DNA from: the human T2T-CHM13v2.0 reference genome, Homo sapiens
DNA length: 64,000 bases
Direction: 5' to 3' (one strand)
Assembly (NCBI RefSeq): GCF_009914755.1
Contig: NC_060927.1
Each line of letters starts with the position of its first letter. Positions within the stretch are counted from its first letter, which is position 1. The position numbers and the translations under genes were made by a program. The notes under the pieces were generated by a model. It was not told the DNA's origin. It searched no databases and worked only from the letters and a program-made list of their open reading frames with translations. Positions 45,148 through 58,880 of the stretch are shown here, piece after piece.

Positions 45148-46589
45148 TCAATTTTGAAAACTTCATTCTTTTTGTTAACAATTGATGAAGTGAAGGGTGC
45201 GTGATCTCATTACTGATTAAGATGGCATGAAGAGGGGGGCTGCTGGCTCTTGGGGAAAGGTCTTTTTGCCAAGAAAGAGACACTGGGAAAGATGAGGTTT
45301 GAAATCTTGGCAGCAGCAAGCAACCGTGAGATCAATCACAAAAAGCGAAAACTCATAGGCTTCAACTTTCTTGATTGTGATAAATAAACTTGTGACTATT
45401 CATATTTTTGTGGTTTACTTAATCTGTATTGCAGAACAGGATTTATAGAACTAGAATGATCAGCCATCACAAAAGAAGGGAAAGATGAAATAATTGGTGA
45501 CATAATTGATCTAAGGAAATTGCCACACCTAGAGTTGACATATCACCAGGCTTCTACAAGTAGGTTCAGTAACAAATGTACTTATTCAAACAATTTTTCC
45601 ACTGGAGTTATGTAAGAAAAATCAAAACATCCTAATGAATTTAGAGGGACAAATTCGTTTTCTTTTAGACTTTCTTAAGTACTCAGCACTCTGTACCAAA
45701 CACGACAGGTGCCTAACGAATATTTGCTGAATTTGCAATTTGAGCTTCTGGCTCTTAAACTTATGTCTAGTAGAGTGGTGTCTCCCAATTTCTTTTTTTT
45801 TGCTAGCAACATTGCACCAGGAGGAAATTTATATTAAATTTAAATTATTTCTAATTAATTAATTTTAACTTAAATTTTATTTCTCCCTAAGGAGAGATTG
45901 TTTTTTTGAGTATAATATCTATCTTCTCTCCTTTAAAAATACATATGCTAGAGGATATCTAATTATGGTTAAATTTTTTTGAGGTTACACATTGCTTTTA
46001 TTTTCTTTATCCTTTTTGGTTTCTCATAACTGTTTACAATTACCTTTTATTATTTTTATAATCAGAACAATGAACATCATTTAAAGAAAGAAAGCCATAA
46101 AAATGTTTAATCTAATGCAAAATATAATACTACATTAAATTACGCTTCGTTTGAATTTTTATCTTTGCTTTTCACACTTCCAGCCAATGCCACAGGCAGA
46201 CCGGCTAGGGGCTTGGGAATGAGGATTAGACAGCGAGCTTGTGAAGTTGTATCATACCTAGAATACTGATTATCTCAGGATAACGAATGGAGTCTGCAAA
46301 CCTCAGGGCTAGATAACTATGTCGGATGCTTATTGTTGCATCTTTTCTCCATCTGCTGATTTTTTTTTAAAGGCTATATCTTGGAGAGCATGGATTTTGT
46401 TTTATTTAAAGAGGAGCTGTTCCCAAATTGACATAGCTGACCGAAATGCTACAGTCAAGTAACTCAAGGGTGCAGAAGTTAAAGAGCAGGTGTGACTAGA
46501 CAGACTGTTCTTTAAAGGACCTGAGGTTCATTCCTACACCACCAGCCTCCAAGTAGCCCTTGTAACCAAATGATAGGATGGCTCCTTGT

Positions 46590-46908
46590 TTCTTCCTTTT
46601 TCTCTGTTTTGTTTTGATTGAGATAGGGTCTTACTTTGTCACCCAGGCTGGAGTGCAGTGGCACGATCACAGCTCACTGCAGTCTTGACCTTCTGGGCTC
46701 AAGCCAGCCTCTAGACTAGCTGGGATCACAGGTGAGTGCTACCATGCCTGGCTAATTTATTTTTTTTATTTTGTAGAGACAGGGTCTCCCAGGAGTTCTA
46801 GACCAGCCAGTTGCCTGGGCTGGTCAAGAACTCTTGGGCTCAAGACAATCCACCCACCTCAGCCTCTCAAAGTGTCGGGATTACAAGCATGAGCAACCAA
46901 GCCTGGCC
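46590..46908 (-). mobile_element. AluJ with internal inverted duplication
   Basis: gagatagggtc..cacagctcactgcag..gggctcaag J-type; extra 21-bp inverted copy at 46788-46808. Confidence 0.9.
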
Positions 46909-48009
46909 TCCTCTGGTTTAATACACCCTATATCACCTTTTCAGGGCTCACCCTCCTGTAATCTGATTTCCATCTGCATAAAAATGTTCAGTCAAACTAT
47001 GTGTGTGCTGGTAGGAGTGTGTAGGGGAGAAGTGAATACTTCATTTTAATTACTAAGTAGTTCCCTGACAATGATGGCAGTAACTTCAGTTCATCCTTCT
47101 AACTATATGAAGTTCATTCTGCAATTCAGAGTAAATAGAACTGGATAAACATAAATATTTACAAGCTTATTTTGTCATATAGAAATATATATTATCTGGA
47201 TTACAAGCTGTTTTGTGTATTTATCTTTAATTTGTATGTTTATAAGAATAAAGAATACACATTTGTAGCATTTTTTCCTTGTAGGTAGCCATATTTTCCC
47301 AAACTTGGTAGGGAAATTTTTATAATAAGATGCATTATGCAATATATCAGCAACTAATGAAGAAGAAATAATGATGACTGTACTGTAAAATGTATTAGAA
47401 CACTAATTAGACTATAACAGAAATGCTTACTGATGTCTTTTAAACACCTGCTTGATAATTTCTAAGCTTGAGTGTTACTTCATTTAACAATGCATGCTTA
47501 ATGGGGAGACAGAGTTAAGATTAAATAATCAACCCAGGACATCCCACCATGCTCCATGCTTTTAACTTTCTATCTCATACACAAAATTTGAGGGATGATA
47601 ATTCCATTTACAGAGGAAGCAATACAATAGATTTATCTGTTCCCTCAAGGCAGATTCTAATTGCTATTATGAACTTCATTTCATACAATTGCAGAGCAGG
47701 TTTAGGAATGAGGGTATGGATAAAGATATTGGCAAGATGGTAGATGAAGCCAGAAGGGGAAGTCTGATTACTTCCAGGTGTGATTTCTCTGGAGTCCTCC
47801 TGATTGTTTTAGCCCATGTTTCTGTGTTCAACAGAAACAGAATTTCTTTGGGGTTTCCATCTTGGAGTGCAGTAAAGGATACCTGTTGTATTACCTCCTT
47901 CCCACACCATTTATTTCCTCCTATTTTCTGATGGGTGAATACAGTGAAAGCATCCATAGCAATAAACATGAAACCACTCAGAAGGACATAGTTGATGAGT
48001 GGTCACTCA

Positions 48010-48167
48010 CTACTTAAAGAGTATTCCATGGGCCAATAACATTGACCTCACCTTGGAGGTCATCAGAAGTATAGGAATTCTGGCCCCACTCCAGCTCTGT
48101 TGAATCAGAATCTAAATTTCCATGAAGTCCTCAGATAATTTGCAGCCAAATTAATTCAGATGCACTG
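48010..48167. mobile_element. MER5-like MITE
   Basis: gaattctggccccactccagctctgttgaatcagaatct..aagtcctcagataattt. Confidence 0.6.
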
Positions 48168-48584
48168 GCATTCTGCTACTGATGCCCACTCAGTCAAAGC
48201 TTTTGATTATCTGAAACAGTCTTGGGTCATTATAACAAATATCCCTTTATCCATTAGCTAGCCACAGTGAGCTTCTGCTACCTGCAATTAAGACTCCAGA
48301 TAGCTTCATTTTATCTATTCGACCACTTTTATTTCATAAGATGTAATAAACTTTTAAATTTAATTTCCAAACAATTTTCCTCCCCAAATTAGCAGCAAAA
48401 TAAATAAAGATTGAGAACTATTCACATTGGGGACCTGAAATGAAGAGTTATTTGTTGAGGTTTAAAGGGTGATTTGATTCATGCATCTTTGAACACAGAA
48501 TAACTACTCATGTTCAACAGCTGACTTTATTTACAGGCAAAGCCTGTCACCACCTATAAAGGATGATTTTTAAAATAATATTAT

Positions 48585-48945
48585 GCTGATAAATTGCAAG
48601 GAAAAAAAGAATGGAGAGAGAACTACAGATTAAGAGAGAGAGATGTATCATATTAAAATAAATGGGCAACACTAAAACTAAAGTGCCAACAGTTGCACAT
48701 TTGGGTAATAAAAAAACTAATAAAAATGATTACTATAAGATAGGATAGTGGTTACTTATGAGAGAAAAAGAAGTTATAATTGAGAAGGAACATATGCAAA
48801 GGACTTTGAAGGAGCTGGCAAAATTCTGTTTCATAGCATGGAGGTAGTTACAAAATGGTTGGTGTGAAATAATTTTTAAGGCATACATTGGCTTTGTGAG
48901 GTCTTTTGTAACTACATTTTATTATAAAAATATATAAATAACAAA
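48585..48945 (+). mobile_element. L1MC/MD 3' end
   Basis: aactacagattaagagag..tgggcaacactaaaacta..aggatagtggttactt..gctggcaaaattctgtttc. Confidence 0.7.
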
Positions 48946-49964
48946 AAAAAGTCTTGTACAAAAGTTCAGTCCTACCCAAGAACTGAAATATCATTTGTTT
49001 TCTACAGATCAGGCTCTTCACAAATGTGTGTAGGACATGTGCTTTAGTTAGACAATATGAAAATCAAATTAAAAAGAAAAATAAATGCCTTTTTGAAAAA
49101 AAACAACACAAAGCTAGTTAAATAATAGACACGTTGTCAGGATTCATCATTCTGGATTCATGCTTTATTTATTCAATTTTTTAAGCAGTTCTATTTTCTT
49201 ATCTTGTCCTAGCAGTAATTAGCTTAGTGCTTTAACATGGAAGCTCTGGAGGCTGGATGCCCAGATGCTAGTGACTTCAGTGTGTTAGTATTGAGCCATT
49301 TACTCATCCTCATCTGGGAAACAGGGGTAACCATAGCATCAACCTCAGAGCTTTTATAAGATATGAATCCAAGTATGAAATCACTGAGCCAATACCTGTT
49401 AGTTTTTAGGAAAAGTTGTGAAAAGAGCAGGGCTATTAGAGTCTAATGATTTGGACTGAGTCCCAACTCTTTGTTTAAGCACAGCAACTCATTTCTGCCT
49501 GATTTTATGAATAGCATAAATATTCATGTAGAAAAAGTAAACTTTTAAGCTGTTTTCAATTGTTTTTAACATATGGAACATAAATCAATATTCAAATTCC
49601 AGATTATCTTAGAATAATATCATAGAAGTTGAAGTGCAGGGCCAAGTCATTTGCACACAAGTCTTTTGAAATATACTATATATATCCAAGATTAGGTTAT
49701 AAAGTAAAAAAAAATTGATCAAAATTGCCTTAGAATCTTGATAAATGTTGAATCTAGTTGATGAGTACTTGGGACCTCACTGTATTATTCTATTTTTTAA
49801 TATTTGGACACTTTCATTAAATATGGATAAATGTGCCCTTTAAAATCCATTTTAGAAGGAACTTATTGAAGGAAGTCAACATGTTATCTTTCTAGAAATC
49901 CAACACAGCTAGTTTTTTCTACTGGGCTGAAATAGATCATTTTTTCTTTGTTTAAGCACCAGAT

Positions 49965-50550
49965 AAAAAAAGGACTGATCAATCTGATAGGTAAAAAAAT
50001 TGCAATTTTCTCTTTTAAAGTGTATTTCTCTGAATATTAATGAAGTTAGCCTTGTTACTTCTTACATTTATTAGTTCTGTGAATGCCTTCAATTCATATC
50101 TTTGGCATATTTTTATAGGGTCATGCATCCTTTTTATTATTGCCTCTAAGGATTCTTTATACATTATAGATATTAACTTTATTGTATAATACATGTGCCC
50201 AAGTGTTCTCATTTTTGTCTAATTATTAATCACATATAGAAGATGTTAACTTTTTTCCTATATATATATTTTCCTTTATGCTTCTTTCTTTGCCTTTCTA
50301 CTTAGAAAACCTCTCTTTTCATATGTTATTTTCTTATTATACTTTTATGACTCAGTATTGTATAATATTTATTACAATATATATTTAATAATTTAGTATT
50401 ATATTATTGTTTATTTAGATGCATTTTATGAAGTGGGGGGGTCTAACTTTGCTTTCTCCCTTAAGTAGTCAAGTATTATTTCTTCTAAAAATAAATCAAT
50501 CTGTGCTGATGTATATGAATTGCCTCCTTCTTCATATTCTAATAATTACA
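49965..50550 (-). mobile_element. Old L1M ORF2 fragment
   Basis: tttctctgaatattaatgaagttagc..ctttatacattatagatattaacttt. Confidence 0.55.
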
Positions 50551-50958
50551 AGACAGGATGCTTTGTACACATGGGATCACTGTGGTAGTTAACTATTCAA
50601 AAGTTGCTGACAGGCAGTTTTAACTCTGACACTGGAAATATTCATTTTTTAGAAAGAGATGCTATTTGAGAATGTCAAAGAAGAAACGTTTAAAGTTCCC
50701 TTTTTTTTTAATAAGATGTTTGGAAAGGAGAGAAGATCTAAACTGTCCTGTGGGCAGTACTGTTACCCTTCTCTTGTACCAAAAATATGTTTATAATACT
50801 ACCATGAAGTCAGATTTATGTGCACATGATCTTGAAATAATCCAGAAATTCCCATGTGAGAAGCCAGATTTTCATTTTACTTTGAAGACAAAGCTTAAAA
50901 ATGTAAATGGACTTAGAAGAGTTTACATCTTAACTTCAGTGAACAATAGATATAATAC

Positions 50959-51319
50959 TGTATTAGTCCATTATCATATTGCTATGAAGAAATTCCCCAA
51001 ACTGGGTCACTTATAAAGAAAAAGAGATTTAACAGACTCACAGTTCCACATGGCTGAGGAGGCCTCAAAACATGGTGGAAGGCAAAGGAGGAGCAAAGGC
51101 ATGTCTTACATGGCAGGAGGCAAGAGAGCATGTGCAGGTGAACTGTCCTTTATAAAACCATCAGATCTCGAGACTTATTCACTGTCACAAGAATAACATG
51201 GGAAACACCTGCTCCCATGATTCAATTACCTCCCAACAGGTCCCTCCCACAACATGTGGGGATTATGGGAGCTACAATTCAAGATGAGATTTGGGTGGGG
51301 ACACAGCCAAACCATATCA
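50959..51319 (-). mobile_element. THE1 (B/C/D) solo LTR
   Basis: tgtattagtcc...ggacacagccaaaccatatca; TSD aatac/gatac. Confidence 0.92.
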
Positions 51320-52024
51320 GATACTGGTAAGATCTAACCCTGAGAAGAGGTATTAATGAATGATTGGGATCTGGTGCCTGAAAGGGCATTGTGCAGTTGG
51401 AGAGAAATTAAAGAGAGAGTGTAAAAAAGGGTTTCTATCACCAGTCTTTCTATACCCTTCATTTCTAGAAAGGTAATCATATCCTAAATACAATCTAGCT
51501 ATCTTTCTATGAAAGACTGGCAAGTGAGTTTGTCTAGAGAAAGCAAAATAATTTTCTAGGTTGTACATTTCATTCGAACCTTCTGATAAAAACCTTAAAG
51601 GATGAATTGAGGAGAAAGAGAAGATAAACAAGAAGAGTTTTGAACTCAAGATGTAGCAGTGTACCACAAATACACATAAATTACACCTGTGCTATAGAAT
51701 GAGCAACCCAAATTCCAAAACAAAAAATAAAACGACATGCATTGTTCCTAGATTCAGAGTGGTCAAAGCTTATGATTTATGGGGGACAGGGATAACATTT
51801 AGATGATTTAGGTTATAAATTATTCTGACTCCAAGGGATACAACAGTTCAGCAGTAAGAGAATAGCATCATGTTGGTGTGTATCCAGGGGCAGGAGCTGA
51901 TGCTTTCCAGGGACACAATGACCTACACTGATACAAGCTGAATCTATCACTAGTTTAATATATGACTAAAGAGTTGAAACATCTTTTATGAAACAAACGA
52001 TATTTTATTGAAAGAAATACATAA

Positions 52025-52407
<383 letters not shown>

Positions 52408-53184
52408 TCTATTTTTACCCTTTTAAATCAGCCAACCTCAAGCATCCTCCAATGCAAAATAGTCTCTTTAACAAGAACGTGAAACACAGTCAGTCCTGAA
52501 TACATTCCCTTGCCAATACCCCTCTTTTCCTGATTTTTATTAATTCCAAATAATATATTATGTTTTCTAACCTATATTGCTCTTATTTTGGAAATGGACT
52601 CCTTTTCAGTGTATAATATTAAGTCAAATTTTCACGTGGCTGAATGCCAAAATCAAAGTATATTTATAAGACATAATCTAAGTGCAGCACTTTGTAGACT
52701 AAGTATTATACTGGAATTCTTAAGAGATAGCATCTCTATGGTGTTCACCACTATTATTAAGTGGTGTATGCTTTTGCTTTCCAATGTGGAGTTAGATAAA
52801 ACCTCATTTGTATATTTCCCCCGCAGTGATTTTTATCTGCTTTTGTATTTGTGATGGTTGTTATTTTATTGTATATGTGTGTTTAATGATTTAATGATAA
52901 TCATTAATTGAATAATGGCCCAAATCAACATCTCTAGACCTGTGCCCTCTTAATTTTAACACACATCTCAAACTGCTTGCTGGATATTTTCATTACATAC
53001 ATGTTTACCTAAAATCTAGCATGCTTAACACCAGTTTCACAGTCTATATCTCCATTCTACAAGCAAATTCCTTCTTTTAGTGGTTTTCCTTTTTGGTCAG
53101 TGATATGCATAGCAATGATTGGCAGCAGAGTCAGAACTCCACATTAGCTAAATCAACATCTTCTATATGTGGCTTGAAAATCTT

Positions 53185-53524
53185 TGTCTTAGTCCACTCA
53201 GACTGCTATAATAAAATACCATAAATTGTGTGCCTTATAAGGAACAGAAATTTATTTCTCACAGTTCTAGAAGGTGGAAAGTCTGAGATCAAGGCAGATT
53301 CTGTGTCTCATGAGGGCCTAGTATCTGGCTAAGAGACGATGTCTTCTGTCTATGTCCTCACATGGTGGAAGGGGTGAGGGGTCTCTCCAGGGCTTCTTTT
53401 ATAAGGTCAGTAATCCTAATCAAGGAGATTTCGCCCCTATGACCTGATCACCTTTCAAAGCCCCACCTCCTAATATCATCATCTTAGGAATTAGGAGTAC
53501 GACTTAGAAATTCAGACCATAGCA
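53185..53524 (-). mobile_element. MLT1A-like solo LTR
   Basis: tgtcttagtcc..gctataataaaataccata..acagaaatttatttctcacagttctag..ttcagaccatagca. Confidence 0.88.
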
Positions 53525-53589
53525 GCCTTCATCATCTTTTCCTCTTTCTCCTTTCTTCTCATATGTGACTATCCTCTTGTGTTGGTTTT

Positions 53590-53926
53590 CTTTTTTTTAA
53601 TTTTCTTTCTTTCTTTTTTTTTTAATTTTTTTTATTTTTTTTTTTGAGACAGAGTCTTACTCTGTCTCCCAGGCTGGGCTGGGGTGCAGTGGTGCGATCT
53701 CGGCTCACTGCAAGCTCCACCTCCTGAGTTAATGCCATTCTCCTACCTCACCCTCCAGAGTGGCTGGGACTACAGGCACCCGCCAGCTCGCCTGGTTTTT
53801 TGTATTTTTAGTAGAGACAGGGTTTCACTGTGTTAGCCAGGATGGTCTCGATCTCCTGACCTCGTGATCCACCTGCCTCGGCCTCCCAAAGTGCTGGGAT
53901 TACAGGCGTGAGCCACTGCACCTAGC
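53590..53926 (-). mobile_element. AluY (diverged)
   Basis: gcaagctcc, gccattctcc and gttagccaggatggtctcgatctcc are Y diagnostics; long T-rich tail. Confidence 0.9.
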
Positions 53927-54559
53927 GGCTTTCCTTCTGTATATTTACCAGCCATGTACAAAGGGAAGAAATGACAATGAGCAGTGAAAACTATGCCTTT
54001 GTATGGTCCTATGGCCAACACCAGTGCTTCATCTCTCTGCTAGGGTCCTGAGGAAAGTTCTCATTCATTCTCTGGATTTCTATTACAGCACTGTTGTTAA
54101 CACATTTACATATATATTAATGTTTTACATCACTTTCTTTTACTGACTTTTGGAATTTCATCTTCTTTTTGCTTAAAAATCGAGATCATCTTTATATAAA
54201 TCAACAATTATTTTGGGGGCACATAACACATGCCCCACACTATAATAGACAAGGGTGCCTATCTCCAACAGAGGAGACTGAAAGGGCCTGCCTCTGGGAA
54301 AGAAAGAGGAAAGGAAGATTCCTGTGCTAGACACTGCAACACAGCAGATCCCTGATTACCATATTCTTACAAAACATCAGTGGTAGATATTGAATACATA
54401 ACTAAGTACAGAAACCAACGAGATACAAAATAAAGTGACGTTTTGGTGAAACTGACAAAAAGACCATTCCTCCCTACTGAAATGTTAAGTTTTCCTAGTG
54501 GACAAATAAAATGACATTAAAAAAATTAATTAAGAAGAAAACTCAAGAGGTTATGTATT

Positions 54560-55270
54560 ACAGTGCAGCTTTCAGTTCACATGGTTGAATATTAAAGAGG
54601 TGGGAGAAGCTATAAGAAAACACGAGTTAGTGAAGTCAGGCTCCTGTTTGCAACCCTAAATAGGGATTTTCAGGCCCTACCATAAGCAATTACAGAGACT
54701 TTACCTTGCCAGAGCTTGGGGGCAAATCTGCCCTTCCTACCCCGACGTGGTATACAGCCAGTGCACTGGGATCTCCGAAGAGAGTTGCAATCAAGGACTG
54801 GGGTTCCCTGGCCAGGCATGCTCTTAATATATTCACATCACTAGCCCAGAGACCTCATTCCTAGGTCTTCTTGTCTGAGGCCTTGAGCAGAGGTTCTCAA
54901 CAGGTGTCTCTACTAAGGCCTCCTTACTGTAGTGGAGGGGGAACCTTGAAGACACTTTTCCCCAATCAGTCTCACCACCAAGTACTTTTCTACTCCTAGC
55001 CCTCCTCTGCCTTCCTTGACTTCAGGGTCTACAAAACTGCTGGAACCTTTTGTTCAGTGCTCCCTCAACAGTGACACAACTCCCAAGTCTATACTGATAC
55101 ATCTGACCTTTAGCAGACAAACAATTCCACAGAGGAAACAGAGGAAAAAGGAGCAGGATGAGTTGGTGCCTTTTCCTATCTTACACTCTTTGTTATACCA
55201 CGGCAATTAGTGATTACAGGCTTACCGCTTCCATTTTTGGCTTGAGTTTTAATCAGCTTCTCCCAATATC
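54560..55270 (+). mobile_element. MER74-like ERVL LTR
   Basis: ccttttgttcagtgctccctcaacagtgacacaactccc..ctgatacatctgacc..attccacagaggaaa. Confidence 0.55.
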
Positions 55271-55334
55271 TGGCAATTTAGTTTCCTTTCCCAGCTCAGG
55301 TGAGCCCCCAACAAAACAGCATTGTGCAGAGCCT

Positions 55335-55790
55335 ACCAGGTGCCTTCCATGATCTAGTCTGTCCTTCTTTATTTATAAGAACACCAATTTTTACTCGGAC
55401 ACATGCCAACCCAACTAAAGGAGTGTATTTTCCAGCCTCTTTTATAGCTAGATGTGGTCATGTGACCAAGTTCTAATTGAAGTGAAAGTGTTATTTATAT
55501 GTTACTGATGGAATCTGTCCAAAAGTAAGAGCAAGTTCCCCCCGCCATTCCCTTCCTCTTTCCTGTGGCCTGGAATGCAGACAGATAGGACTCTAACAAA
55601 CCATCTCAGATCATGAGGTGACCAGCAGCAGGATAGGAAGGTCTTAGGTCCCTGTACATTTTCTAGAACTACCAGATCATACTTGGACTTCCTAACACTA
55701 AATGTTTTATGTGAGGGAGAAAAATTCTTTTGCTTTGTCACTTTTATTTTTGTTCTTTTGATAAGCAGCTAAAGCTGAATGCTAACTTAT
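55335..55790 (+). mobile_element. LTR33-like ERVL LTR
   Basis: tattttccagcctcttttatagctagatgtggtcatgtgaccaagttct..cttcctctttcctgtggcctggaatgcagac. Confidence 0.65.
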
Positions 55791-56363
55791 GTAGTCACCT
55801 CTAATTTTATTAAATAGTAGACTAAATAATCATAAATCTATGAGTAAGCTACATTTTCTCTTCAATGGTGAGTTGAGAGCAGCCAGCATTAGGGTAAATG
55901 TACTAGTTGTAACTCAAACATACGTTTTATACTCTTACAACAAAATCTCTCATCAATTGGTTTGTTTGGAGAATTGTACCCAGAAATAACAAAATGGCAA
56001 ATACCATAGCCAGATCACAGTTACAGTGTGTGAGGAACACAGAACACTGATCTGAGAGCTATAAATCCCTGTTTTTGTATGCTTTAACACAAAGATCTTG
56101 GACCAAATATTGAACCAAACCTTACTTACCTCCTCTAAAACATAGGGATGATAATAAGAAAATTATTTAAAACATCAAATGCAGTCACTAGCACACTGAA
56201 TGTGTTCAATAAGTATTTTCTTCCCACATTTGGCATCAAAATGAGGGCACTGATTCATCCTGCTTCAAACATGAGCTCGCCTTTAGATCAGGAACAGGAG
56301 CACCAGCAACTCTGGGAGCAGGGCTCATTTGGTCATGTGAAAAATAAAAAGGTACTATTCGTG

Positions 56364-56870
56364 TGATTTAGTTTGGATATTTGTCCCTACCCAAATATCA
56401 TGTTGAAATGTATTCCTGTATATTGGAAGTGGGGTCTTATGGGAGGCGATTAAATTGTGGGGGTAGATTTCTCTTGAATGGTTTAGTACCATCCAATCGG
56501 TGGTGTCCTTGTGATAGTGAGTTCCTATCAGATCTGGTCATTTAAAAGTGTGTGGCACCATCCCCACCTCTGTCTTGCTCCTGCTTTTGCCATGTGACAC
56601 AGCTGCTCTCCCTTTGCCTTCTGCCATGATTGTAAGTCTCCTGAGGCCTCCCCAGAAGCTGAGCAGATGCTGCCATGCTTCCTGTACAGCCCACAGAACC
56701 GTGAGTCAACTAAATTTTTTTTTTTTTTTTTAGTATACTTTAAGTTTTAGGGTACATGTGCACAACGTGCAGGTTTATTACATATGCAGCCATAAAAAAT
56801 GATGAGTCAATTAAATCTTTATAAATTACTCAGTCTCGGGTATTTCTTTATGAAAGAATGGCTTAATATA
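56364..56870 (+). mobile_element. MSTB-like MaLR solo LTR carrying an L1 micro-insertion
   Basis: tgatttagtttggatatttgtccc..cagaagctgagcagatgc..cttcctgtacagcc..ttataaattactcagtctcgggtatttctttat. Confidence 0.88.
56716..56802 (-). mobile_element. 87-bp L1PA3/4-type insertion with 5' inversion
   Basis: T run plus L1 3' terminus plus inverted tatgcagccataaaaaatga; TSD tgagtcaa(c/t)taaat 56702-56715 / 56803-56816. Confidence 0.92.
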
Positions 56871-57650
56871 CCATGGAACAGATAATTACAAGGAGGCACA
56901 TTCTGGGTGTAGATGTATTCAAAATGTTTCTCTTCCTCCAGAACCCCACAGTCTACCTCTAGGGTGAGAGCTTGGAGAGGGGCACTCAGCCATATTTCAC
57001 TCTTGTCCTTTATCCAATCTGTACAACCACAGGGTAGGCCATGTCTTAGAATGATAGTAGTATAAAAACACATGGAAGGAGGAAGGTGCAATTTTCTATA
57101 GATAATGAGGCTCTGAGCAGACAACACTTTTCACAGCCCCCACCACAAACATCACAAGCTGACCACAGGAGCAATAGCTGTTTGCAGAAATAGAATTGGA
57201 CGTTTAGAGTTATAAGCGGTAACGGAAGTTATACAAAAGTGGAAAATGAAGCACATTCTGTTCCCTGTAAGAAAGCAAAATGTGGATAAAGGCCTAGAGA
57301 TATAAATGCACCTAAATGTAACACTATAGAGGAGAACATATTTATAATTAAAAAGAAAATTGCTTAAAGGAACAAAGGCTTTTTAAATAAATACTCAAGA
57401 GTTTTCACACCCATTGTGTAATTGGAGCTGTGATTAATACTTCCAGATGAGAATATTTATCCAGTACTTTGTCAATGTTTGTTTTTCTATGAACCATTAT
57501 AGGCTTGGACCTCTACCCTTGAACTTTTTATTTTTATTGCTCAAATATAATTCCTATCCATAAACTAAAGAGCAGATTTTATATAATTAGAGTATATCTT
57601 TCAAGAAGAGAAATGAATATGTAATGAGAGCATTTCAAAACAAAATTTGA

Positions 57651-58010
<360 letters not shown>

Positions 58011-58706
58011 AACACTCAGAACATTTCTTTGCTGCATGTGGTGATGTTTGAATTGGGGATACCTATGGATAGAGAGATGATTGAAGTCTCACTGAATTCA
58101 GAAATGACCTGAAAAACTATATGTATCTTTTTCCTTTGAAAAGGATTTGGAATCTAATCTTTACATTCTAACTATAATTTTTCAAGTAAGCTCTTTTTGA
58201 GGACAATATAATGACCCAGATTTTTTTTTATAGATATGTCCTTCCCAGGTGGAATGATAATCTGACTTCTGGAGTTTCTTTAAAAATAGCAGCACCATTT
58301 TACCTGCTTTCAAAAAAATTCAATTTTTAAAAAGTAAATTGAATATGAGTAAATGAATGTAAACCCAGGTCCTATTAATTATTCAGCCTTTAAAAATCTC
58401 TTTCACCACGTTAGTTTTAATGCTTTATATAAATACTGTAAACTACTGACACTCACAGGGTTACATTTTATGATTTTGGTAATTAGCAGTGACTGTGAAT
58501 GTCTCGGATACATATCATTTGTGATGTTTTTGAGCCGTGCATTTGAGTTGCCTGCTGGGAGGTAGATACTCAAGAATAAATTACTGGCTAGTGCTTGAGC
58601 CCACTGATCGCTCAGCAGCCATGTAACTCACAAACACCTGTGCGGCTCTAACACTGTCAGAAGTGCTGATATGCTGACATGTGTGGAGTGAATTGATGAT
58701 CGAATG

Positions 58707-58880
58707 CAGTGAGTCTAAAGCTGAGGGTGCATCCAAACCACCAGGAGGACTTCTTAAAACAGATTTCTGGGCCTTACCCCAGTACTTCTAGGTATAAACA
58801 GAAAATTTACATTATATTTCTACCAAGTTTTAAGGTGATACGGATACTGCTGGTCTGGAGACCACACACTGAGAGCTGAT
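58707..58880. mobile_element. MER5A
   Basis: gtgcatccaaaccaccaggaggacttcttaaaacagatttctgggcc..aggtgatacggatactgctggtctggagaccacac. Confidence 0.75.
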
